Assembly (NCBI GenBank): GCA_000252485.1
Contig: JH610995.1
Coordinates: 7,369-39,368 of the forward strand
Source of the DNA: Prochloron didemni P4-Papua_New_Guinea
GTDB lineage: Bacteria; Cyanobacteriota; Cyanobacteriia; Cyanobacteriales; Prochloraceae
DNA length: 32,000 nt
Direction of reading: 5' to 3'
Each line of letters opens with the position of its first letter. The first letter of the stretch is position 1. This document shows, in pieces, positions 8,990-18,732 of this stretch. The notes under the pieces were generated by a model that had not been told where the DNA came from, made no database searches, and saw only the letters and a program-made list of their open reading frames with translations. A program made the translations under genes and the position numbers.

Positions 8990-9075
8990 ATCTGCTGGAA
9001 GGCCCAATGCACAGAGAAGCTGTCAAGAAGCGATTGACCACACTATAACGCGAAAGCGGTTAGTGTGGGAGTATG
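8990..9075 (+). mobile_element. Isolated IS605/TnpB-type right end with omega-RNA-like hairpin (transposase deleted)
   Basis: Hairpin CCACACTATAACGCGAAAGCGGTTAGTGTGG; matches the degenerate hairpin at about 525-553 downstream of tnpA. Confidence 0.45.
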
Positions 9076-9084
9076 TCACAGATT

Positions 9085-9681
9085 TCAAGATATTCCGAAT
9101 GAGAGAATTCCTAAAACTTTGCTTAAATTGTCAAGGGAATATTCTGTTAAATCGATATCTAAATTTCGAGCTTGCAGCCGCAAAAATTTCCAAATATTCC
9201 CTGTTGTGACAGCTCCATAAATAATCGGTATCTCATTGCCTTCTTGTTGATTAAATAAATGTGCTGCTAACATTAGAGATGCACACTGACCCAAACCTAA
9301 ATTAAGATTTTCTTTCTTGGCTTCTACAATAGCAAGAACTGGAGCTTGAATGTAAATTTGTTCGGGAGATAAACTAATCAGGAAATCAAAATTACCATTC
9401 AATCCTTGAGATGAATCCATATTAAATTCGTTGCCAGAAAACAAACTGATTGGTAAATTTGCCCTTCGTTTTATTTCTAGTAAAATAGGAGCAATAATCA
9501 TTCCCGAACGAGATTTTTCTGTATTAATTGCCAGAGCAATAGGAAGATTAAACTCGAGGGTATCTTTGAGAAATTGACTGGGTTCCTGTTCTGCAATATT
9601 ATTAAAAATATTGGGACTCTCATTGATAGAGAGCTGAAATTTTTCCTTGACTGCTTTTAAAGTAAAATCACTATAAGCCAT
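9085..9681 (-). CDS. Conserved cyanobacterial-type hypothetical with restriction-endonuclease-like (PD-(D/E)XK) signature
   Basis: '[45 protein letters not shown]' gives a D...EAK...Q arrangement. Start placed at internal MAYSD. Confidence 0.5.
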   Translation of the reverse strand: MAYSDFTLKAVKEKFQLSINESPNIFNNIAEQEPSQFLKDTLEFNLPIALAINTEKSRSGMIIAPILLEIKRRANLPISLFSGNEFNMDSSQGLNGNFDFLISLSPEQIYIQAPVLAIVEAKKENLNLGLGQCASLMLAAHLFNQQEGNEIPIIYGAVTTGNIWKFLRLQARNLDIDLTEYSLDNLSKVLGILSFGIS

Positions 9682-9699
9682 ATCCCGAACCTTCAAAAG

Positions 9700-10275
9700 T
9701 TACCAAATGATTTTTAAATCGAGAACAAAACCTGGAAGGATATTCTCCCCCGATAAACTCTTCGGGTGATTTAAAACTTGCTTTTGTTTCCCAAGACGAT
9801 AAATCTCAACTTGACCTTGTTTGGGATTAATTAACCATCCTAGTTTTACTCCATTTGACCTATATTCTTTCATTTTCTCTTGAGTGTCTTTTAAGCGATC
9901 GCTGGGTGACATGAGTTCCAGGACAAAATCCGGCGCAAGAGGGGGAAATTTAGTTTTTTCTTCTAACGTTAATTTATCCCATCTGGATTGAGCTACCCAG
10001 GAAACATCTGGAGAACGCTCTGCACCATTGGGAAGACGGAAACAAGTTGAAGAATCAAAGCAAACTCCTAGTTTTGTTCGTTCGTTCCAAATACCTATCT
10101 TCAGAGCAAGATTAAAGTTGGTTTTACCTGTTTCTCCCCCTGTTGGCGACAGGATTATTATTTCTCCTTGAGCATTTCGTTCAAATTTAAGATCTGGATT
10201 TTGGCAACAAAATTGGTAAAACTTAGAGAGATCGAGTTGAAATAGTGGCTCTAATTTGAGAGTATAAGCATTCAT
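9700..10275 (-). CDS. Uma2 family (DUF820) putative endonuclease
   Basis: 'SPTGGETG.TN', 'FDSSTCFRLPNGAERSPDVSWV', 'PDFVLELMSPSD', 'GWLINPKQGQVEIYR'. Closely resembles 28264..28839 and 29434..30009. Confidence 0.9.
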   Translation of the reverse strand: MNAYTLKLEPLFQLDLSKFYQFCCQNPDLKFERNAQGEIIILSPTGGETGKTNFNLALKIGIWNERTKLGVCFDSSTCFRLPNGAERSPDVSWVAQSRWDKLTLEEKTKFPPLAPDFVLELMSPSDRLKDTQEKMKEYRSNGVKLGWLINPKQGQVEIYRLGKQKQVLNHPKSLSGENILPGFVLDLKIIW

Positions 10276-10333
10276 GATTTTTCTAAGTCTCGCGCTCTAC
10301 GCAGCGCGAAGTAGGAACTATCTCTCTCTTTCT

Positions 10334-10369
10334 TCTCTCTGCGCCCTCTGCGCCTCTGCGGTTCATTCT
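10334..10369. repeat. 36-bp direct repeat, left copy
   Basis: cttctctctgcgccctctgcgcctctgcggttcatt; identical copy at 13389-13424. Confidence 0.9.
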
Positions 10370-10611
10370 TCTTTAATATCGCCATCAGGCAACATCAATT
10401 TCTCCAGTACGTCTTTTAACAAGCTCGGTAAACGGCGCATAATCTTGCCTTTTTCCGTGCCAAACTACACCAGCATAGTCGGTATGATGGGGTTGGACTT
10501 TGATTGGGTATTCAAACCAATTGGTTATTTGTTTCTTGTTCAAGAGACATTTTAATAAAATATAGATCCATTATATCTCTTTTTTGTATAGCATGGGGTA
10601 AAGATTTCGAG

Positions 10612-12699
10612 CTAGACTGCCCCTGATATAGGCGGACATAGTGCTTTCCCAATTAGATAAACCATTTCATCCAAATCTTCAGTTGTGAATAAACGCTGAT
10701 TTTCTACTTCTGTCAATCCATTGTTAATGCCTTTAAAACCAGTATTCTGAAAAGTTGCTACCAATAAATCGTAATCAATTTCTTCATGAGGAGCACCCGA
10801 ATTAGCTTTTTGGTTGTAGAAATTAAGCATATCTTCGTAATCTTGACTGCTGGAAATTTGATAATCCTGTGTCAGGCTCTCAGGATTATTGCCCATAATA
10901 GCTTCACCAACTGCTCTAGCACAGCCACCAAATGCACCTAGAACAAACAAAGGCTTGTGGTGGTCGATTGCCAGTGCCGCTTCTTCAGCAATTCCAGGGA
11001 ATGCCCCCTTGTAGTCTGTAACCTTCCCACCAAGGATAATCCGAGCATCGATTCCCCTTGCCATTTTCTTTCGCATAGCAGTCAGACAACGGGCCCAAAC
11101 ATAACGATGCTCCCTGTTATTAGGCTCTAGATAAGTCTTTTTGTCAAGGCTAAAAGGCCGGTCCTGAAGGTCTTTAGGTAGAGAAATCGCCCAAATTGAA
11201 ACTTCATTTTTATGGCTAGCCCGCCACTTAACGGTTGCCTTAAGATGCAAAGGCCAGGCTAAGAAATTCTGTATCTTTTCTCCTCGTTCCGTGGTGTCCT
11301 CATTGTAAGCCTTGACCATTTCCACCAAATCTCGTGTAAAACCACCAGGACGTAGATCGCCGCCATAAGCAACACTAGCTCCTTGAGCCAGAAGATGGCG
11401 ACTAATTTCAATGAGTGCCCTTTGTTGATGAACAGCACTAAAGCCAAGTCGCTGTAAATCGGGACTATCAGAAATGGAAATCCCGATCACTTTATCAGAG
11501 AGTGGTTTTTGCTCTCGTTTTCCTGTCACTTGGGGCATAGGCTGGAAAGGAGTCCAAGCTTTAATTCCTGGATCCAGAGAGCTGAGTACCTCCATCTCGT
11601 CATCTCCTAAAGGGGGATCTGGATAGATTAAGAGAGTACATGGTTGTGGTTTGTCCCCTTGCCAAGATTGGACTTGATTTAATAATTCAGGAGCGAAAGG
11701 GATAACCCTGGCTTGCTCTGGGATTCTTCCAATCTTTTTTAAGGTTTCTACATAGCCAGGGAAGTAGCGATACCGCAGCACCTCAAGCAAAATCCTGGCA
11801 ATAATAGTGGGAATCGTCTCAGTCCCTCGCCAGCGCAATGTTGGCGTGTTGCCCAAATAGGGAAAGCTACGTTCCTCACCTCTGTTGAGGGCATTGATTA
11901 GCAGTATAGGAACTCCATATTTCTTAGCGGTTAAGATTTCCCAACGGCAAAAATAGCGGGTGGCATAGGCATCTGTCTGGCAGATTAACAGAGCAGAATC
12001 CTGAAGACCAGCTTTTATTTCCTCTCTAAAATCATAACCAGGTGCTATGTCCTTCGTATCAAAAAAGTTATCGAGTGTATTATCTTCGAGAAGCCATTCA
12101 CGAATTCCCTCAGCAAGTTGAAGCCCGTCTTGTTTGGCATGACTGAGGAAAAGTTGAACGGGAGGGGGTGCTTTTCCCTCCTCTACCTGCCCTTTTGATG
12201 TAATTTGTTGCAGTTGTCGGCAGCAGGAGTGTAGTACCTTTCTCAATAGAGTGTCCCGCTTGTTATCTATTTGGTAGATTCTGATAAAGTTAGTCTGGGC
12301 AATTTTATCACTCAAGTTATAGGCTGATTCAGTCAGTGCCACAGGGTAAAGGCGATGGTGGGGGGCTAACCGGGAGGCAGCATCCCAAAGGGATTCAATA
12401 TACTGCTCCCAACTGTCACTCATCACCATGTGGTCATCTATCAGGACAAACGTGGCGGAGTTGAGAGAGTCCTTCAAAATAATAGGTTTAGGACTGTTGG
12501 TTTCTGGTTGAAAGGGTGCTGAACGAAAATGAATCGGAATCCCAAGACCTCGCAACAGAGGATGTTCTGGATCTGCACAGATATGCTGAAAGAGGTACTT
12601 AGACAAAGGTTCTCCCGTAGGAGACTGGGGGTGCCAAATGAGGTAAATTCTAAAGTAGGGATGATATTGAGTCATTAAGGGGCTAAGTTGGAGCAGCAA
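10612..12699 (-). CDS. Multi-domain conflict/signalling protein: degenerate TIR-like region, TIR domain, C-terminal SLOG domain
   Basis: 'VQLFLSHAKQDGLQLAEGIREWLLEDNTLDNFFDTKDIAPGYDFREEIKAGLQDSALLICQTDAYATRYFCRWEILTAKKYGVPILLINAL' is TIR with a C-x-x-E catalytic-like motif. 'VIGISISDSPDLQRLG...ALIEISRHLLAQGASVAYGGDLRPGGFTRDLVEMV...IILGGKV...KPLFVLGAFGGCARAVGEAI' is SLOG/Rossmann-like. Probable start is internal Met at 12675. Confidence 0.78.
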   Translation of the reverse strand: MLLQLSPLMTQYHPYFRIYLIWHPQSPTGEPLSKYLFQHICADPEHPLLRGLGIPIHFRSAPFQPETNSPKPIILKDSLNSATFVLIDDHMVMSDSWEQYIESLWDAASRLAPHHRLYPVALTESAYNLSDKIAQTNFIRIYQIDNKRDTLLRKVLHSCCRQLQQITSKGQVEEGKAPPPVQLFLSHAKQDGLQLAEGIREWLLEDNTLDNFFDTKDIAPGYDFREEIKAGLQDSALLICQTDAYATRYFCRWEILTAKKYGVPILLINALNRGEERSFPYLGNTPTLRWRGTETIPTIIARILLEVLRYRYFPGYVETLKKIGRIPEQARVIPFAPELLNQVQSWQGDKPQPCTLLIYPDPPLGDDEMEVLSSLDPGIKAWTPFQPMPQVTGKREQKPLSDKVIGISISDSPDLQRLGFSAVHQQRALIEISRHLLAQGASVAYGGDLRPGGFTRDLVEMVKAYNEDTTERGEKIQNFLAWPLHLKATVKWRASHKNEVSIWAISLPKDLQDRPFSLDKKTYLEPNNREHRYVWARCLTAMRKKMARGIDARIILGGKVTDYKGAFPGIAEEAALAIDHHKPLFVLGAFGGCARAVGEAIMGNNPESLTQDYQISSSQDYEDMLNFYNQKANSGAPHEEIDYDLLVATFQNTGFKGINNGLTEVENQRLFTTEDLDEMVYLIGKALCPPISGAV

Positions 12700-12783
12700 T
12701 AAAACTCTTTTATCATATTAACTCTCAATGGCCGAAATTTGTGCTAGTATTAAACCAAGTAACAGTTAATTTAACAATATTTT

Positions 12784-13281
12784 ATGGCAAGAAAGGTATT
12801 CGTCAGTTACTCACACAGATTAGAACAGCCAGAAGCAGATGACTTTCAAAAAATATTTGCTGATGAACGTGATGTTTTTATTGATAAGTCAATCCGAGAA
12901 GATATCGGTGACAAGAAAGCGTCAACTATAAAAGCAAAATTAAGCTCACTTATCAAGGATAGCTCTGTAACAGTGGTGCTTATCGGGAAAGAAACAGGTG
13001 GCAGAAGTTGGGTTGATTGGGAAATTTACCATAGTCTTAGAAAATCCGATGGAAACGCGAGAAACGGACTATTAGGGGTGAAAATTCCCAATAAAACTCA
13101 TTGGATTCCAGATAGGTTATTGGATAACATTCCTAATATGGGTTTAATTATTGACTGGCCGAGGGATTATAGAACTTTAGCAAATGCTATTGAGGAAGCA
13201 TACAATGCTGCAAAAACTGGTGTTCCAGATCTAAGTAAACCACTAAGAAAAAGAAATTCCTCTAAACAAAAGTTAACATAA
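12784..13281 (+). CDS. Small TIR-like protein (MTH538/DUF1863-type, Thoeris ThsB-like)
   Basis: 'KVFVSYSHRLEQPEADDFQKIF....VFIDKSI', 'IKDSSVTVVLIGKETGGRSWVDWEIYHSLRK.....LLGVKI'. Fits the small-TIR pattern with conserved WEI. Confidence 0.75.
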   Translation: MARKVFVSYSHRLEQPEADDFQKIFADERDVFIDKSIREDIGDKKASTIKAKLSSLIKDSSVTVVLIGKETGGRSWVDWEIYHSLRKSDGNARNGLLGVKIPNKTHWIPDRLLDNIPNMGLIIDWPRDYRTLANAIEEAYNAAKTGVPDLSKPLRKRNSSKQKLT

Positions 13282-13388
13282 TTGAGTTTAATAGTAAATT
13301 CTCAACTTTGAGGGTAGGGTAGGCAATCAGGAATTTACTCTTCATAAAGGATACCAAACGTTGTCCCAATTGCCCACCCTACGAACTA

Positions 13389-13424
13389 CTTCTCTCTGCG
13401 CCCTCTGCGCCTCTGCGGTTCATT
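13389..13424. repeat. 36-bp direct repeat, right copy
   Basis: Identical to 10334-10369. Confidence 0.9.
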
Positions 13425-13465
13425 ATCCAGGGATACAGGGGCAGGAATACCCCGCCCGTGAAAAA

Positions 13466-15472
13466 TTATCCCAACAACTCTTTTGCTTTAGCCAATACGT
13501 TCTCTACAGTGTAGCCGAACCGCTCCAAAGCAAGACCTCCAGGAGCAGAAACCCCAAAACGGTCAATACTAATAGTTGCTCCTTCAGTCCCGATATAACG
13601 ATGCCAACCAAAGCTGCTACCAGCTTCTACAACTAACCGCTTAGTAACTGCTTTTGGCAACACTGACTCTTGATAAGCCTGGTCCTGCATCTCGAATAAA
13701 TCGCAGCTGGGCATGGAAACCACCCGAACCTTCTTGCCTTCACCCCGCAACTTTTCCCCAGCTTCAACACAGAGTTGGGTTTCGCTACCAGTACCGATGA
13801 GAATGATTTCCGGAGTACCTTCGCTATCGCTGAGAATGTAACCCCCTTTGGTAGTTCCTTCAATGCTGCTGCCAGCCAAGTTAGGCAAACCTTGGCGAGA
13901 TAATGCTAATACACTAGGAGTCTTGGTCAACTCGATCGCCGCCTTATAAGCCCCAGAAGTCTCATTCCCATCAGCAGGACGAAGCACCACTAAATTAGGA
14001 ATGGCCCGTAAACTAGGAATATGCTCGATGGGTTGGTGAGTAGGACCGTCTTCCCCCAGAGCTACCGAGTCGTGAGTCATGACCCAAATAACCCGAGCTT
14101 GAGAGAGAGCAGAAAGACGAATAGCACCCCGCATGTAGTCGGTAAATACCAGGAAAGTAGCGCCGTAGGGAATCAAACCGGAATTATGCAGAGCAATACC
14201 GTTGCAAATTGCTCCCATGCCGTGTTCCCGTACCCCGAAGCGGAGGTTGCGATTTTCGTAGCTACCGCGCTGGAAATCACCGCAGCATTTCAACAAGGTT
14301 TTATTAGAGGGAGCCAAGTCAGCAGAACCACCGATTAATTCTGGCAATACTGGGGCTATGGCGTTCAAGGTTGCTCCGGACTGATTGCGAGTAGCATCTT
14401 TTTTCGATTCCGGAGTATAAGTAGGCAAGCAAGAATCCCAGCCTTCCGGCAATTTACCGCTCAACATCCGCTCTAAGAGAGCAGCATCTTCGGGGTATTT
14501 GGTTTTATACTGAGCAAAAAGCTCATTCCATTCAGCTTCGTAGCTCGCACCCCTGTCTACTGCCTTGCGGAAATAGTTCAGAGCATCTTCAGGAACCTCA
14601 AATGGGGCATAGTTCCAACCGAGATTGTCTCTGGTAGCCTGCACTTCAGCCCCACCGAGAGCCGCACCGTGAACGTCATGGCTGTTGGCTTTATTGGGGG
14701 AACCAAAACCGATTGTAGTGGTAACCTTAATTAAAGAAGGTTTATCGGTGACTGCCTTGGCTGCCTCAATTGCTTTAGCAATGGCTTCTAAATCTTGATT
14801 GCCATTTTCCACGTGCTGAACGTGCCAGCCGTAGGCTTCAAAACGCTTGCCTACATCTTCGGTAAAAGATATCTTGGTGGAACCGTCAATGGAGATATGG
14901 TTATCGTCGTAGAGAGCGATTAGTTTGCCCAATCCCAGATGTCCTCCCAGAGAGCAAGCTTCTCCGGATACTCCTTCCATGTTACAACCATCCCCGAGGA
15001 TGACGTAAGTGTAGTGATCTACTAGCTTGCAGTCTGGTTTATTGAACTTGGCAGCCAAATGGGCTTCTGCCATGGCCAAACCCACACCATTGGCAATACC
15101 TTGTCCTAGAGGACCAGTGGTAACTTCAACCCCTTTGGTGACGAAATTTTCTGGATGACCGGGGGTTTGGGACTCCCACTGGCGGAACTGCTTGAGATCA
15201 TCAATTGTTACGGAGTCGTAGCCAGTCAAATAAAGCAAGGCGTACTGTAACATGCAGCCGTGACCTGCTGACAGGACAAAGCGATCGCGGTTAAACCAGT
15301 TGGGATTTTTCGGGTTGTAGCGCATGAAGCGATTCCAGAGGACAAAGGCCATAGGCGCAGCGCCCATAGGAAGTCCTGGATGACCGGAATTAGCTTTTTC
15401 AACTGCATCAATCGCTAGAAAGCGAATTGAATTAATGCAAACTTCTTCGAGTGACTGGGTGGCAACAACCAT
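13466..15472 (-). CDS. tkt: Transketolase
   Basis: '[30 protein letters not shown]', '[15 protein letters not shown]', '[12 protein letters not shown]' and full length of 668 aa. Confidence 0.97.
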   Translation of the reverse strand: MVVATQSLEEVCINSIRFLAIDAVEKANSGHPGLPMGAAPMAFVLWNRFMRYNPKNPNWFNRDRFVLSAGHGCMLQYALLYLTGYDSVTIDDLKQFRQWESQTPGHPENFVTKGVEVTTGPLGQGIANGVGLAMAEAHLAAKFNKPDCKLVDHYTYVILGDGCNMEGVSGEACSLGGHLGLGKLIALYDDNHISIDGSTKISFTEDVGKRFEAYGWHVQHVENGNQDLEAIAKAIEAAKAVTDKPSLIKVTTTIGFGSPNKANSHDVHGAALGGAEVQATRDNLGWNYAPFEVPEDALNYFRKAVDRGASYEAEWNELFAQYKTKYPEDAALLERMLSGKLPEGWDSCLPTYTPESKKDATRNQSGATLNAIAPVLPELIGGSADLAPSNKTLLKCCGDFQRGSYENRNLRFGVREHGMGAICNGIALHNSGLIPYGATFLVFTDYMRGAIRLSALSQARVIWVMTHDSVALGEDGPTHQPIEHIPSLRAIPNLVVLRPADGNETSGAYKAAIELTKTPSVLALSRQGLPNLAGSSIEGTTKGGYILSDSEGTPEIILIGTGSETQLCVEAGEKLRGEGKKVRVVSMPSCDLFEMQDQAYQESVLPKAVTKRLVVEAGSSFGWHRYIGTEGATISIDRFGVSAPGGLALERFGYTVENVLAKAKELLG

Positions 15473-15744
15473 AATTTTTCGATATTTATAGTTTGTGAGT
15501 TTTTGTTTGTTTCTATTGGATGGCAGTGGGTTGCCGCAAGATTATTTTCAATCTTCTCACTCTTTGCGATCGATAGGCAACTTCTCGAATCTCTAACCTC
15601 TGAGCCAACTGTATAAAGGCGATCCGGCAAAGCCTGGGCGTACAGCCTTGGACTGCCCTTCGACTTCGCGGTCCCTGAGCGTAGCCGAAGGGCAGGGACC
15701 GCGCAGCCGAAGTCTGTACGCCCCTACAACAAGCAGCAACTGTT

Positions 15745-16995
15745 TCAAACGTATTTTCTGAATGCCAAAGTAACGTTATGGCCGCCAAATCCGAAAGAAT
15801 TAGAGAGAGCTACTTCTACCTTGAGAGGGCGACTTTCATTAGGCACGTAATCTAAATCGCAATCTGGATCGGGATTGGTTAAATTAATTGTGGGTGGAAC
15901 CCGGTCATTCACCAGGGCCATTACCGTAGCCACTGCCTCTATGCCTCCAGAACCTCCTAAAAGGTGTCCTGTCATAGACTTAGTGGAGCTAATAGCAACC
16001 TTATAAGCACTTTCTCCCAAAGCTTTTTTGATTGCCTTTGTTTCGGTAGAATCGTTGGCAGGGGTACTGGTTCCGTGAGCATTGATATAACTCACTTGTT
16101 CCGGTGTCAAGCCAGCATCTTGCAAAGCCAGCTCAATTGCTCTCGTGGCTCCCACACCTCCTGGCACTGGTTGAGTCATGTGGTAGGCATCGCAAGTCAT
16201 GCCATAGCCAACGATTTCCCCATAAATCCTCGCCCCACGCTCTAGAGCCGATTCCAGTTCTTCTATCAATAAAATTCCCGTACCTTCTCCAATCACAAAA
16301 CCATCGCGATCGCGATCAAACGGACGACTAGCGGTAGCGGGGTCTTGATTGCGAGTGGAAAGTGCCTTGGCGGAGGCAAAACCTGCTACAGATAAGGGAG
16401 TAATGGGGGATTCCGTCCCTCCACAAATAGCTGCTTTCACATCTCCTCTCTGAACCCAGCGAAAGGCATCCCCAATAGCATTAGAACCAGCGGCACAGGC
16501 TGTTACCGTACAAGTGTTTGGTCCTTTAGCTCCTGTATGAATTGCCGTCAGTCCTGCTGCCATATTAGAAATCATCATTGGTACGGTGAATGGGCTGCAT
16601 TTCCTCGGGCCGCGAGAAAGCAAAATAGCCTTTTGCTCCTCCATTACTTTGAGTCCCCCCACCCCACTCCCGATAATTATCCCCACCTGTTCTGCATTCA
16701 GGTCATTAATTTCAAATTTAGCGTCCGCAAGGGCTTGTTTGCTAGCTGCTACCGCAAATTGGGCAAACCGATCCATCTTCTTGCCCTCTTTTCGAGGCAG
16801 ATATTCGTAGGGGTCGAACCCCTTAACTTCCCCGCCAAAGCGACAGGCATGTTGGGAGGCATCGAATAAAGTAATATCCGCGATCCCATTGCGTCCGCTG
16901 CACAATCCTGCCCAATATTCAGCGAGGTTATTTCCAATGGGGGTAATGGCACCGAGACCCGTTACCACAACCCGTTTTAGTTGCAAAGAAACCAT
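15745..16995 (-). CDS. fabF: 3-oxoacyl-[acyl-carrier-protein] synthase II
   Basis: 'VVVTGLGAITPIGN', 'NTCTVTACAAGSNAIGDAF' active-site Cys region, 'NAHGTSTPANDSTE', 'GHLLGGSGGIEA', 'NSFGFGGHN'. Confidence 0.97.
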   Translation of the reverse strand: MVSLQLKRVVVTGLGAITPIGNNLAEYWAGLCSGRNGIADITLFDASQHACRFGGEVKGFDPYEYLPRKEGKKMDRFAQFAVAASKQALADAKFEINDLNAEQVGIIIGSGVGGLKVMEEQKAILLSRGPRKCSPFTVPMMISNMAAGLTAIHTGAKGPNTCTVTACAAGSNAIGDAFRWVQRGDVKAAICGGTESPITPLSVAGFASAKALSTRNQDPATASRPFDRDRDGFVIGEGTGILLIEELESALERGARIYGEIVGYGMTCDAYHMTQPVPGGVGATRAIELALQDAGLTPEQVSYINAHGTSTPANDSTETKAIKKALGESAYKVAISSTKSMTGHLLGGSGGIEAVATVMALVNDRVPPTINLTNPDPDCDLDYVPNESRPLKVEVALSNSFGFGGHNVTLAFRKYV

Positions 16996-17059
16996 GATTC
17001 TCGTAAGCTAAAGCTTGATGCCCCATATATGGAGCAAATAATCTTTGGGAACTTAATCT

Positions 17060-17317
17060 TTAAGCAGCAGCATCATCTTCTTCAAGTTTGCTGCTGATAT
17101 AGTCTACAGCCGCTTGAACCGTGGCAATTTTTTCTGCTGCCTCGTCCGGAATTTCTATATCAAATTCTTCTTCTAAAGCCATCACCAGTTCTACCGTATC
17201 CAGGGAATCAGCTCCCAGATCGCCAGCAAAGTTAGCTTCTGGAGTGATTTCTTTCTCATCAACCTCTAGTTGTTCGGCAACTACGTTTTTGACTCTGGTA
17301 AAAATTTCTTCTTTCAT
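17060..17317 (-). CDS. acpP: Acyl carrier protein
   Basis: '[33 protein letters not shown]' phosphopantetheine-attachment motif. Confidence 0.98.
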   Translation of the reverse strand: MKEEIFTRVKNVVAEQLEVDEKEITPEANFAGDLGADSLDTVELVMALEEEFDIEIPDEAAEKIATVQAAVDYISSKLEEDDAAA

Positions 17318-17504
17318 GAAAATAATTAAATTTTTTTCCGCTGGATACCCTATCCTAATTAGTTAGATAGGGAGGAAACGGGGCGGATTTTACCGGTTCC
17401 TTGGTTTTAGTTATATGCTCCGGGAACGAGCAGCATTATTCATAATAACGGAAAGCGCGACTTTCAAATCAATCCATTATTGTCTAATCTAATTAATACG
17501 GAAA

Positions 17505-18419
17505 ATGGTAGTTGACCTGGCCTCGAAAACCCTTCGTTACGCTTATTTTCCCGGTTGTGTTGCTCAAGGGGCTTGTAGAGAGCTTTACTTATCTACGGCA
17601 GCATTAACTCAAGCACTGGGAATTGAATTAATCGAATTGAAAAAGGCTGCTTGCTGCGGTTCCGGCACTTTTAAGGAAGATTCCCAGCTTTTAGAGGATA
17701 CGGTCAATGCTCGCAATATTGCTTTGGCTGAGTCTCTCAATCTTCCTCTCTTAACTCACTGCAGCACTTGTCAGGGAGTTATCGGTCATGTGGACGAGCG
17801 GTTAAAAGCAGCTAAAAATTCTGACCCCGATTATTTCCAGCAGGTTAATGGCTTGTTAGGGAAAGAGCATTGCTCTCCTTATCAAGGCAGTACGGAAGTT
17901 AAACACTTGCTCTGGGCAATTGTAGCTGATTACGGACTGGATAAGCTCTCGGAAAAAGTAAAGCGGAAACTGACGGGATTGAATTGCGCCGCATTTTACG
18001 GTTGTTATTTGCTGAGAGCCCAAACTAATTTAGCCTATGACGATCCTTTTGCACCGGAGTCCATGGAGAACCTGTTTCGTACTGTAGGAGCAACTCCCAT
18101 TTACTATGGAGGAAGGACTCAATGTTGCGGTTGGCCAATTTCTAGCTACGGCACTGAAGCATCTTTTAAAATGGCGGGGAAGCGCATAGAAGAGGCAATA
18201 GCTGCTGGGGCTGATTGTTTGGTCACTCCCTGTCCTCTTTGCCATCTAAACCTGGATTCTCGCCAACCGGAAGTGGAGAAGGCCATGGGTCGTTCTTTGG
18301 GTTTGCCGGTGCTGCATTTACCTCAGTTGATTGGTTTGGCTTTGGGTTTGGAACCGAAGCAACTGGGTTTGGAACGGCATGTTGTTTCTACTAAACCTGT
18401 TTTGCGAAAAGTAGTCTAA
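17505..18419 (+). CDS. CoB--CoM heterodisulfide reductase subunit B-like, CCG-domain iron-sulfur protein
   Basis: Two cysteine-rich CCG motifs: 'YAYFPGCVAQGACRELYLST...KKAACCGSGTF...HCSTCQGV' and 'AAFYGCYLLRA..RTQCCGWPISSYG...CLVTPCPLCHLNLD'. Confidence 0.9.
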   Translation: MVVDLASKTLRYAYFPGCVAQGACRELYLSTAALTQALGIELIELKKAACCGSGTFKEDSQLLEDTVNARNIALAESLNLPLLTHCSTCQGVIGHVDERLKAAKNSDPDYFQQVNGLLGKEHCSPYQGSTEVKHLLWAIVADYGLDKLSEKVKRKLTGLNCAAFYGCYLLRAQTNLAYDDPFAPESMENLFRTVGATPIYYGGRTQCCGWPISSYGTEASFKMAGKRIEEAIAAGADCLVTPCPLCHLNLDSRQPEVEKAMGRSLGLPVLHLPQLIGLALGLEPKQLGLERHVVSTKPVLRKVV

Positions 18420-18522
18420 AACTATGATTTTTCTGATTTAACTATATCTAATCATAGTAGATCATAGTCTAGGTTGTGGTTTCATGACTCGTTTAAAAGT
18501 CAAGCTTCTTGACCCGAAGTTA

Positions 18523-18732
18523 TATGAATTACAAAAATTTTTGCTACAAATAGTTTATTGCATCGTAGTATAGATTGAGGTTATTCCGTAGGTTGAGAAA
18601 CCGGGTTTCTTTCCAAAATTTTAGCATTAATCCTTAAAATAATAGAAGAAACCCGGTTTCTTGGCTAGTGCCGCTGGACTACAATTGTTTATAACACTAT
18701 TGTATCTGTAGCAAACATTTTTAGATTTGATA
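18523..18732. repeat. MITE-like element related to 3801-3988, with the AAACCGGGTTTCT-type palindromic module inside
   Basis: 'acaaaaatttttgctacaaatag' at the left and 'actattgtatctgtagcaaacatttttagatttgatatt' at the right. A further right-end copy lies at about 18979-19034. Confidence 0.55.

Noticed and set aside
8976-9209. 77-aa plus-strand ORF
   Set aside because: Spans an IS605-type right end and the 3' part of the minus-strand gene at 9085..9681. Its start might be a TnpB C-terminal relic but it is not a functional gene.
10274-10555. 93-aa plus-strand ORF
   Set aside because: Begins in the common 'ctctgcgccctctgcg' repeat with no recognisable domain.
13361-13636. 91-aa plus-strand ORF
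   Set aside because: Repeat-derived start and overlap with the tkt 3' end on the opposite strand.
14021-14338. 105-aa plus-strand ORF in tkt (also 15964..16331 in fabF and 20412..20882 in hisN)
   Set aside because: Antisense to highly conserved enzymes; no independent evidence for expression.
13466-17317. acpP-fabF-tkt order considered as unusual
   Set aside because: This arrangement is common in cyanobacteria and needs no special explanation.
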